This document shows positions 27,500 to 36,700 of a stretch of DNA of 53,833 bases, piece after piece. Source of the DNA: a virus (taxonomy: Duplodnaviria; Caudoviricetes). Under the pieces are notes generated by a model, which saw only the letters and a list, made by a program, of their open reading frames with translations, did not search any database and was not told the DNA's origin. Within the stretch, counting starts at the first letter, position 1. Every line of letters begins with the position of its first letter. The translations under genes and the position numbers were made by a program. The stretch spans positions 1 through 53,833 of IMG/VR virus record IMGVR_UViG_3300029787_000065; one strand, given 5' to 3'.

Positions 27500-27918
27500 T
27501 AACTTTAAGACATTATATACTTTTATTCTTGACTTTTGTGTTAATAAGTTGTACAATACCAGAAGATAGGTTTGACGCAAACAAAGAATACGAAATAGCT
27601 AAGATTACTCAATTGTGTATGACATTAGAAACACAACAAATAATTTATAATAAATATAAAGAAAGTTTTGAAAAAGGAATACAAGAATACTATCAAAGAA
27701 TCTTTGATGAAGAATGTATTATGTTTCCTCAACCCGTACTCGCTAAATTTATTAAGCTAGAGTTTAAGGGTCCATTGTTTGACAATTCAGAAATAGAAAT
27801 ATGGAAGATTATTCTTGATGAGAAACCTGACGATGGTAAAGAAATAACATACTTTTGGGCAGCTATTCAAAGAGAAAGACAATCTGAACCTGAAAAAGTA
27901 AAAGATACTGAGGTATAA
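27496..27918 (+). CDS. putative lipoprotein
   Basis: Signal peptide with lipobox-like LISC at residues 16-19. Confidence 0.6.
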   Translation: MITLRHYILLFLTFVLISCTIPEDRFDANKEYEIAKITQLCMTLETQQIIYNKYKESFEKGIQEYYQRIFDEECIMFPQPVLAKFIKLEFKGPLFDNSEIEIWKIILDEKPDDGKEITYFWAAIQRERQSEPEKVKDTEV

Positions 27919-27922
27919 TAGT

Positions 27923-29416
27923 ATGGCAGATGAAGCAATCGAAGAAGAAGTTGAAACAGAAGTAGCAGAGCCTGAACGAGAGCTTACTACTGAGGAGGCT
28001 TTTAAGCCTGTTCGTGATATTGTTGGCGAACAAGCGACAGGTGTTGTTGATCTTGGCGATGCTAAATACACACCAGAAGAACAACAAGTTCAAGATAATG
28101 AACTGTTAAGCACAACAACTGAAGGTGTTACTCTAGATGCAACTGGAGCAGCAATACCTTCAGCTAGTGTTCTTACAAGTCAAGATGTAGCCGCTCCTAC
28201 TGCAGAAGAGGGTCTTGGACAGGTAGACTCTATAGAACGTAATCTGTCTAACATGCCTACAGATGTTGTAGGTGCAGAAGTTGAGTTATCACCAGGAGCA
28301 ATTATTGATTCTGCAAATGTAGTAGATGAACGCACAAAAACAGAGATGTTTGAACGTGGTTCTTTAGCAGAAGCAAAAACACAAACTCTTGCTGCAGAAG
28401 CTACTGTTCAATATCAGATAGGTTCGTTATACGAATCACTTGAAGAAGGCAAACCACTTCCTGCTTGGGCATCTAAGAATGTCAAAAAAGTAAATGACAT
28501 TATGCTGGCTAGAGGTTTTGGTGTATCTACTGTTGCATCTGCAGCAATGGTAACTGCTATTGCAGAAAGTGCATTACCTATTGCAATACAAGATGCTAAT
28601 AAGTATGCTACAATACAACTACAAAACTTAACTAACGAACAGCAAACTGCACTAGCTAATGCTGCTACTATTGCTGCTATGGACAGGCAGAATCTTGACA
28701 ATAAAATGAAAGCTGCTGTTAAGAACGCTGATACGTTTTTAGCTATAGATGTTAAAAATGCAGACCTAGAACAACAAGCTAATTTGTTAAATTATCAAAC
28801 TCAAGCACAGGCTTTATTTACGGATACCGCTGCTGAAAATGCTAGACTTAATTTAAATGCAAAAACAGAAGTTGAAGTAGCAAAGTTTTACGATACGCTT
28901 GGAACAACTGTAGCTACTAATAATGCTAATCGTGCTGCAGCTATGGATCAATATAATGAAGACCAAGCTAACTCTGTAAATAAATACAATGCTAAAATAC
29001 AAGATGCAAGAGAACAATTTAACGCTACAATGATATCTGCAATAGAACAATCAAATGCTTTGTGGAGACGTTCTATTAATACAGCTAACACGGCTGAACA
29101 AAATTCAGCAAACAGGCTCAATGCAGCAGCAGTGTTAGGAATAACTACTTCAGCTTTAGATGCAGTGTGGCAAGAGTATAGAGATGAAGTATCTTTTGCA
29201 TTTACAGCTTCAGAAAATACTTTAGCACGTAATCAACAATTAGCAATAACAGCTATTGCTAACCAGTTTGCGATGGATATGTTTGAAGCACAAGTAGATG
29301 CAGATGCTCAAGTTTCAATGGGCGCACTTGTGGGTAACTTAGTGCAAACTGTATTTAGTTCTGCTGTAAATGAAACGGGTATTTTTGGTGATGATGATGA
29401 TTCTGAAGAAACTTAA
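27923..29416 (+). CDS. putative internal virion (ejection) protein
   Basis: Ala/Asn/Gln-rich helical, PAWA and SNALWRRSINTANTA motifs; first of a cluster of large genes after tail fibres. Confidence 0.7.
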   Translation: MADEAIEEEVETEVAEPERELTTEEAFKPVRDIVGEQATGVVDLGDAKYTPEEQQVQDNELLSTTTEGVTLDATGAAIPSASVLTSQDVAAPTAEEGLGQVDSIERNLSNMPTDVVGAEVELSPGAIIDSANVVDERTKTEMFERGSLAEAKTQTLAAEATVQYQIGSLYESLEEGKPLPAWASKNVKKVNDIMLARGFGVSTVASAAMVTAIAESALPIAIQDANKYATIQLQNLTNEQQTALANAATIAAMDRQNLDNKMKAAVKNADTFLAIDVKNADLEQQANLLNYQTQAQALFTDTAAENARLNLNAKTEVEVAKFYDTLGTTVATNNANRAAAMDQYNEDQANSVNKYNAKIQDAREQFNATMISAIEQSNALWRRSINTANTAEQNSANRLNAAAVLGITTSALDAVWQEYRDEVSFAFTASENTLARNQQLAITAIANQFAMDMFEAQVDADAQVSMGALVGNLVQTVFSSAVNETGIFGDDDDSEET

Positions 29417-29428
29417 TGGAAAATAAAA

Positions 29429-29881
29429 ATGTTTAATGTTAATCTTGGAAGTTTAGTCTCAACTGCTGCTGCTAAAGTTGGTGGGAGCTTGTTATCAAAT
29501 ATTGTTGGTGGTGGAGGTGGAACAGGTTCTGGTTCTTCTGCTCAACTAGCTGCTATTATGAAACAAGACAGCTATCGTAGAAAACAAGGTTTTGTTGCTG
29601 ATCAAGTTGAACGGGCTGCTGCAAGAGCAGACCCTAGATATAGAAAAAGAGCAGCACAAGAAGGTCCAGCAAAAGATGTTAAGTATAAAGAAGAAATAAT
29701 GTCTTTGTACTCTTCCATACCTCAAACAAGAGTTCGTGAAGCTATAGTTAAACAAGCAGAACGGCAAGGAAACATGAGTGCTACTATCAAAAAAATGAGG
29801 TATGATCTTTTTGAGAAAAAAGAAGAAGACCCTAGAACAAAACCTTTACAGTTAGAAAAAAGTAACACAATGGTAAGTTAA
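29429..29881 (+). CDS. putative internal virion protein
   Basis: Gly-rich hydrophobic N-terminus then charged region. Confidence 0.6.
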   Translation: MFNVNLGSLVSTAAAKVGGSLLSNIVGGGGGTGSGSSAQLAAIMKQDSYRRKQGFVADQVERAAARADPRYRKRAAQEGPAKDVKYKEEIMSLYSSIPQTRVREAIVKQAERQGNMSATIKKMRYDLFEKKEEDPRTKPLQLEKSNTMVS

Positions 29882-29882
29882 A

Positions 29883-30437
29883 ATGGCACAAGCTACATTT
29901 AATCCACAAGATTTAGACCCACTTGCAAGAGCTATTCCAGGGCAATCTTTAACAGATACACCTGGACAGTGGCCTTTTGAAAAACCTCCTCAAATTGTTT
30001 CTCCGCAAGAAGCATTTGATAGAGTTGTTAACTCTATTAATCAAGATGCCGCTTCAGAAGATATAATTAAACTACTAGATGTAGGTATATCAGCAGAAAC
30101 TCTTGCATCATCTATTACATTAAAGATGTTTTCAGAGGGGGTGTTTACGCCTGATATTGCAGAAATAATTAAACCACCTCTAGTAGCGTATATAACAGAT
30201 ATGGGTGTAGAAGCAGGTGTAGAAGATATAAATGTAGTGAATGAACTTCCAGCACCATCAGTCAGCGATGAAGATCATTTTAATTTAATGCAAAAAGTTA
30301 GTCCTCAAAAATTTGAAAGAAAAGCACAAGAGGCTATTCAACAAGAAGAATTTGATGAAATGCTTTTAAATATGGATATACCAGAAGAACCAATGCAAAG
30401 TCCTAAAGAAAGCTTTTTAGATATGGAGGTAGAGTAA
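29883..30437 (+). CDS. hypothetical virion-associated protein
   Basis: IPGQSLT..PGQWPFEKPPQ motif; 184 aa. Confidence 0.7.
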   Translation: MAQATFNPQDLDPLARAIPGQSLTDTPGQWPFEKPPQIVSPQEAFDRVVNSINQDAASEDIIKLLDVGISAETLASSITLKMFSEGVFTPDIAEIIKPPLVAYITDMGVEAGVEDINVVNELPAPSVSDEDHFNLMQKVSPQKFERKAQEAIQQEEFDEMLLNMDIPEEPMQSPKESFLDMEVE

Positions 30438-30438
30438 C

Positions 30439-33400
30439 ATGGCGAGTGCATTTGCAGGTGGATTTGCAAAGGGATTTTTGCAAGCAAAGTTAGCCTCAGA
30501 AGATGCTGCTGCTAAAAGGGCTGAAACAGAAGAAACGCGCAAACGTTTTCTAGCTCAACAAAAAGAAGCACAGCGAAAAAATGATATACAAATTGCAAGG
30601 CATGTGCACACAACTATGCTGCCTATAGTTGCTAATAATCCTCGCACAGATTTGCGTAAGGTGTATGGACAAGCCTCAATTGACGCTTATAATAGAAGCG
30701 GTTTAGGAAATATTAATGCTAATGGGATATTTGCTCATGGAGATGCAATCTATGACGCTAATTTAGCTAAAACACAACAAGAGTTTCAGATAGAAACAGC
30801 TAAAGGTATTCTTAGTGGACAAAATAATCCATCAATTATGGAGGATCAAGTTGAGTTGATGGGACAAGTAAGTCGTCTATCAGGTTTAACAGGTAGTAAA
30901 CTTAAAAATAAAATAACTGTTTTACAAACTAATTATAATACAAAAACAAATACAACAGCTAGAAATGAACATGCAAAAGCTTTTCCTAATGATCCACCTC
31001 CGATAGAATACAATACAGGTAGTGGTATTATATCTTTTATGCGGCGTCCTGCTAAAAATGACGTAAGCAATTTAGGTTTTGACGATGTAAAAGGAGTCAA
31101 TAATTTACCTGATGAACAAAGAGCTGCTTTTTATAATGGAAATTCAGGCCTTTTAAGGTATAGTAATCTTTTTCAAGCAGAAAAACTTTTACAAAATCTT
31201 AAAATGGAAACTAACGAATATGAACCTAACAAAATACCTACAAATCTTAAAAACAAAAAAAACGCAATAGAACGTTTTATTGTTAAAAATTATAAACAAG
31301 ACTTTTTTAATACTCATAATGATCTACAACGTAACAATGGATTTTTAAATGTATACGCAATAAGAGATAAAAAAGTAGCTACTATTCCTACGCTATATAA
31401 CGTTGGTTCAGCAGATGACGCTTTTCCCGTATTGTCTAAAGTGTTAAGAGACGGAGGAAATGTTGATAAACTTATAGGTACATCCTCTGCTAGAAAAATA
31501 AAAAATGACCTGTCTACTCCAGAAAAAGTAGCAGAAACTGTAAGTAAGCAATTAGATATATCTAAACAAGACGCTTTAGATGCACAACGACTAGATCAAA
31601 TTATAGTTCGTAGAGAACAACAAGCAAAAGATGATCCTGGTAGAACTATCAGTCCTAATAATCCAAAGGTTGTTCAAAACTCAAACAGACAGGTTACAAG
31701 TATTACCGTTAACCCTGAAGCTTTAACTCAAAATTCAAATGTTACACAATTACCCGTTAATGTTGAACCACCTCTACGTTCAGTAAATTCAGATGGTGAT
31801 GAAAAGTTTGTTATAGATGTATCATTACAATCTAAAAATAGAATAGATGCTGATTTAAATTTACTATTTAGCGCAGACAGAATGACAAAAAATGATAGAC
31901 AGGTATTGTTTACAAGTCAGCCTAGGTTAGTAAATTATTATAATACAATGAAGTCTATGAATTTTTTCAAAGATTTAAGTAACTACGTTTCTTCAACTCA
32001 GCAAGGCGGCGAATCGGGGTACAAAAATTTAGAAACTAAAGTAAAACAACTTTTTGATATTGAACGAAATGAAACAGATGTAGATGATATTGATTCTATA
32101 CAAGATGTAATTAGACGTTTATCTATAAAACTTATAGACCAAACTATTCAAGGTCCACCAAAAACTACTTATTCAGGAAATAGAAAAATTTCTGTGTTAC
32201 CTAGAATAAAAGAACGAAGCGATACAAAACAAGTTGCAAAAGAACTAAAAAAAATAGACGAAGCTATAGATAAAACAAGAGATGCTAAAAACAATGCTGT
32301 AGCTTTTAGAGGCAACATGGCTCAAATGGGTATTGTCGATAAAATTAGAAAAGGTAACTTTGCTCCACAAGATAAAATAAGGATGATTAAAGCACTAAGA
32401 ATCAATAAAACTTTTAATGAAGATATTGCACAAGGTCGGCTTCCAGCAATGTTTCAAAATTTAGGAACTCTGGAGGATTTGACAAAAATAGGTTTTGATA
32501 GAGGAAGCACAACTTCTGAAGCAGTATCTTCTGGTCTTCAATTTGTTGAAGATTTAGGACAATCCTTTGGCGTATTTACAAGTAGATTTGTAGATATGGC
32601 TAGAAGAGGTCTTAAAAGAGAAGATGAAAGTTTTTTATCGTCTGCAACTTTTAATACAAATGAGGGTATTGATAGAGGTCCAAATTCTGAAAAAACTGTA
32701 GGTTTATTAAAACAAGTAGAAAGATTTTCTGAAATATCTTCTGAAAAATATGGCACAGCAATACAAGACAATCTAGAGAAAGCAACAGCTGCATACAAAA
32801 ACAAAGATTTATTAGCAGCCGCAGAATATGAAGCTTTAGCACATGAGCAATATTTGTTAGCTCAAAATGCTATGACTAAAGTTACTTTAACTTATACGTT
32901 TGCTGGAATGATTCAAGGAGAGTCAGGAGGTCGCGCTATATCTAACGAAGACTTTGCTATCATATTTCAAGCTTTGTGGGGTGGTGCTTCTGGTGAAACA
33001 GGTAGAGGTTCTTTTGAAAGATTAGAAGAAGTTTTAGCAGATATAGCTTTAAGAAATAAAAATTTAAAAAGATATATACCTCTTGAGGGTGGTCGAGAGG
33101 CAGCAGGTTTAATGTTAAAAGTTGAGCAAAATCTATTACGAAATAAACATGCTGACTTGTATGAAAAATCTCAAGACTTTGATTTATTAGCACATACAAA
33201 AGTAGCAGAACCAGTTGCTAAAATTAGAGATATGTTAAATATAGCATATCCTAAAGATGTCTTAGATACCATACGTGATGACAATAATTCTTATAATTAT
33301 AATATAATATTAAATCCTGGCGCTAAACTTGTATATCAAAGGAGATTTAATAACTTTGTTGTATCACCTATGTTAAAAGACATTCCTATATCAGGTAAAA

Positions 33401-33720
33401 CATTTTATCAAAAAAGTGAATCTCAACAGCAAAAAATATTTGTTAAATCTTTAAACAATTTAAGTGCGTACATGTACGATGAAAATCAACAACTTAATCC
33501 ACAAGTTGCTACATTACTTAAAACTTTTGGAAATCAAAATACAACTTTGCTAGATTCTCTTGAAGCTTATTACAAACAAGATGATTTAATGGATGCACTA
33601 GCTACTGATACATCTGGTGAAGTAGCTGCACAAATAAATAATAACAGACAAAGGTATGAAGAAGCTTATGTATTTCTAGAAAGAATTATTGCTAACGTAT
33701 ACGATTCTTCTTTAAGTTAA
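30439..33720 (+). CDS. large putative internal virion protein (1093 aa)
   Basis: MASAFAGGFAKGFL start, GGRAISNEDF motif, helical composition. Confidence 0.7.
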   Translation: MASAFAGGFAKGFLQAKLASEDAAAKRAETEETRKRFLAQQKEAQRKNDIQIARHVHTTMLPIVANNPRTDLRKVYGQASIDAYNRSGLGNINANGIFAHGDAIYDANLAKTQQEFQIETAKGILSGQNNPSIMEDQVELMGQVSRLSGLTGSKLKNKITVLQTNYNTKTNTTARNEHAKAFPNDPPPIEYNTGSGIISFMRRPAKNDVSNLGFDDVKGVNNLPDEQRAAFYNGNSGLLRYSNLFQAEKLLQNLKMETNEYEPNKIPTNLKNKKNAIERFIVKNYKQDFFNTHNDLQRNNGFLNVYAIRDKKVATIPTLYNVGSADDAFPVLSKVLRDGGNVDKLIGTSSARKIKNDLSTPEKVAETVSKQLDISKQDALDAQRLDQIIVRREQQAKDDPGRTISPNNPKVVQNSNRQVTSITVNPEALTQNSNVTQLPVNVEPPLRSVNSDGDEKFVIDVSLQSKNRIDADLNLLFSADRMTKNDRQVLFTSQPRLVNYYNTMKSMNFFKDLSNYVSSTQQGGESGYKNLETKVKQLFDIERNETDVDDIDSIQDVIRRLSIKLIDQTIQGPPKTTYSGNRKISVLPRIKERSDTKQVAKELKKIDEAIDKTRDAKNNAVAFRGNMAQMGIVDKIRKGNFAPQDKIRMIKALRINKTFNEDIAQGRLPAMFQNLGTLEDLTKIGFDRGSTTSEAVSSGLQFVEDLGQSFGVFTSRFVDMARRGLKREDESFLSSATFNTNEGIDRGPNSEKTVGLLKQVERFSEISSEKYGTAIQDNLEKATAAYKNKDLLAAAEYEALAHEQYLLAQNAMTKVTLTYTFAGMIQGESGGRAISNEDFAIIFQALWGGASGETGRGSFERLEEVLADIALRNKNLKRYIPLEGGREAAGLMLKVEQNLLRNKHADLYEKSQDFDLLAHTKVAEPVAKIRDMLNIAYPKDVLDTIRDDNNSYNYNIILNPGAKLVYQRRFNNFVVSPMLKDIPISGKTFYQKSESQQQKIFVKSLNNLSAYMYDENQQLNPQVATLLKTFGNQNTTLLDSLEAYYKQDDLMDALATDTSGEVAAQINNNRQRYEEAYVFLERIIANVYDSSLS

Positions 33721-33737
33721 AATTAAGGTTTAATTAA

Positions 33738-36700
33738 ATGGTAAAATATCTCACTCCTTTTGATAAAGCTATTGCACAAGGTTATAATTATCTTTTTAAC
33801 GACGAAGAAGAAGATAAGAAAAAAACAATACCTGAATTAAAAAGTACTGTTAAGAAAGAGGATATCAGCGGTCCTGTCCTGCGTCCTGACGGCACTCCTG
33901 AGTTACCTGGGTTTGACACGCAGGGACAACCTTTAAAAGTTCGTACTCAGGCAGAAAGAGATCAAGAAATAATTCAAGATAGTATGGGAGAAATTTTTAT
34001 TCTTCCTGATGGACAAGCATCTTCTCCATCTGATAATCCTGCTATCTTAGAAAAAGTTAAAATACTAAACCATCCTTCTCGTTTAATGGCTCGTAGAATA
34101 GAAGCAGAGATGGACGGAACTCCTATGACAGGTGGTCTTGTTAAGCCACCCGAAATTGGACCTATTGAAAAAGCAGTTTTAGGTGATGCTCCTATGACGG
34201 GTACGCCTACTTTAGAACGTATTGGTAGAAAAGCTATATATCAAGCAGGGTTTGCTCCCAGAACTGTAGCAGCAGGTCTGACTAGAGGTGTGGGAGGAAT
34301 TATGCAACTTCCTCAAGTTATGACTGCCTATGGCATGGGGGCTGTAGAACAACTTTTAAGAAGTCAAGGTATGTACGGAGAAGGCACTGTAGATTGGGAT
34401 AAACTAGATTCTGCCAATACGTCTGCAAAATTATTATCTGAAGAAATGGAAAAGCTTGTTAAAGTGAGTGATGACATCTTTAGAGTAGACGATATGAGTT
34501 TCATGCCAAAAACAGCTATGTTTACAGTTGATTTTTATACTCCTATGAATTTTCTTGCTGTTCCAGCTAAATTTCTTAAAACGGCAGCTGATGTAACACA
34601 AGATGCGTATAGAATGGTAAGAGGTCTGCCAAAAAGACCAGTACCTAAAGATGAAATTATTCTTCAAACATTAAGAGAAATGCAAACACCCATTAGAAGT
34701 GCTAAAGAAGCAACAAGGCAAGCTGATTTAGCAAAGGCATTTGCTGATGCTAAAAAAAATAATCCACAACTTGAATTAGATGATTTTGAATTATATTCAG
34801 ATTTTGGAAAAAAGATAATGGAAGATAGGGCTAAACTATTCAAGAAAGCCCTTAAAGATATCAATGTTGATTATGGTGCAAAACCTAATGTTGTAGAAAG
34901 AGTTAAAGAAAGACTTAAATATCCTGGCGGCAGACAAAAAGCAGTTTTAGCTGCAGACTATAGACGTGATGCTGCCCCTAAAGCTGAAGGTGGAACTTTT
35001 GTTCCTAATCCTGAATTAGAAAAAGTTCTTATAACAAAATTAACACCGACTTACGAGGAACTTTTAAATCAAAAAACTTTCCGTAAAGTTATGGATGGTC
35101 AAGCTATATTTTCTGCTGGAGCATTAGCTGCAGCATGGGATGAGTATTTTAAAGGTACAGAATATCAAGATTTCGCATATGCTGCAGGATTTGCAGGTAT
35201 ATTTATTAACCCTACAACTACCATGAAGGTGATGGATAATATTTTTGGTGGAAGAGTTAATCTGCAAAATTGGGGTGTTCCAAAAAATCTTACAAAAAGA
35301 CTTCCTTTTATAAAAGATATGGATATAGTTAAGACTGTTGATAATACAAACGGTCAGATTGTGTACCGTCCTCTTAACCTTCCATTTGCTCTTCATATAA
35401 TGGGTAAATTTTTAGCTGAACAAACACAAGACTTAGATATTCCATCTGTTAAAGTTGGACCTATCTCCACACCCGCCATACAAGGTGGTGATCCTGAAAC
35501 ATTTGTGGATAGTCGTTGGAATAAAAAACTAATAGCAATGGCTCAAGGAACTCCTTGGTATAAAGCCATGCTTTTAAATGATAAGGATAGAATAGAAGCT
35601 TTAAATGGAATGACAGAACTTGATCTTAATATTAGATTAAGCACTGAAGAATTAAGAGCTTCACAGGATTTTGCTAGAAATGTAATTCCTCTTTTACCCA
35701 AAGAATATTTAAATTCCTATACAAAATTAGCTAGACATGGTGAAAAGTTAGTTAATGAAATAAACAATTCAGATTATGGAGATAAAACTGCAGAATTTTA
35801 TTTAACTATGGAACAGATAATGCAGGGTATTCAGATGACAGCTTTCACTGGTATCCTTAAACATGTTACTTCTGATCCTCAGTTTAAAGACCTTAGTAAA
35901 GATGTTAATGCAATATTGTTAATGTTTAGAACTCATCAGCAAGAACTTCAAGATCAAATTGGATATATTAATAGTGCTTTAAAAAATTTAACGGGCGGTA
36001 ATGCTCAAGCCGAGGCAGATTTTAAAAAGTTAAAAGATGGTGCTAATAGAGTTATAACTAAATTAGAACAGAACCGTGCTACTGTAATGGAAGCTGCAGA
36101 GGGTCTAGAAGCTAAAGCTGGTCTTGTTACTAAAAGAGATAGTCTTCTTACAAATCAGTTAATAGAAGAATCGGTAGAAAATGGCGGTATGGGTTTATCT
36201 CCAGAACGTTTATCTGTAGAGGGTCGAGAAAAGTTTGCAAACGATATTGATGAGTTGTTTAGGTCTACTTTTAACGCAGATTTAAAAAGAGATAGAGAAG
36301 AGTTTGCTAAATTACGTGAAAGTTTAGAAGGTAGAACTCTCGACATAGATGATTATGTTTTTAATTTACGAGATATGCAAAAGAGAGAACTAGATGATTT
36401 TGGAGATGTAGCAAATATTTTAAAAAATCCAGGTAACTTTATGGCTTTTGCAAGAGTATCTATAAAAGGGCCAGTTGATTCTAGTCTATCTTATAGAAAT
36501 AGCATAGATGTATTTATTAGAAATGCACGTTATCGTGGTTTAGAAGCAGACCCAGATTTAACCGTAAAAGATTTAAAAGACAGAATAGGATATCTTAAAG
36601 ACTCATATTCAGATTTAAAGTTTGGTGGAAATAACCAGTATATTAAATATAATGGAATTGAAGAAGGTTTAGTAGATTTTGATGCCACACTTGCAAATGC

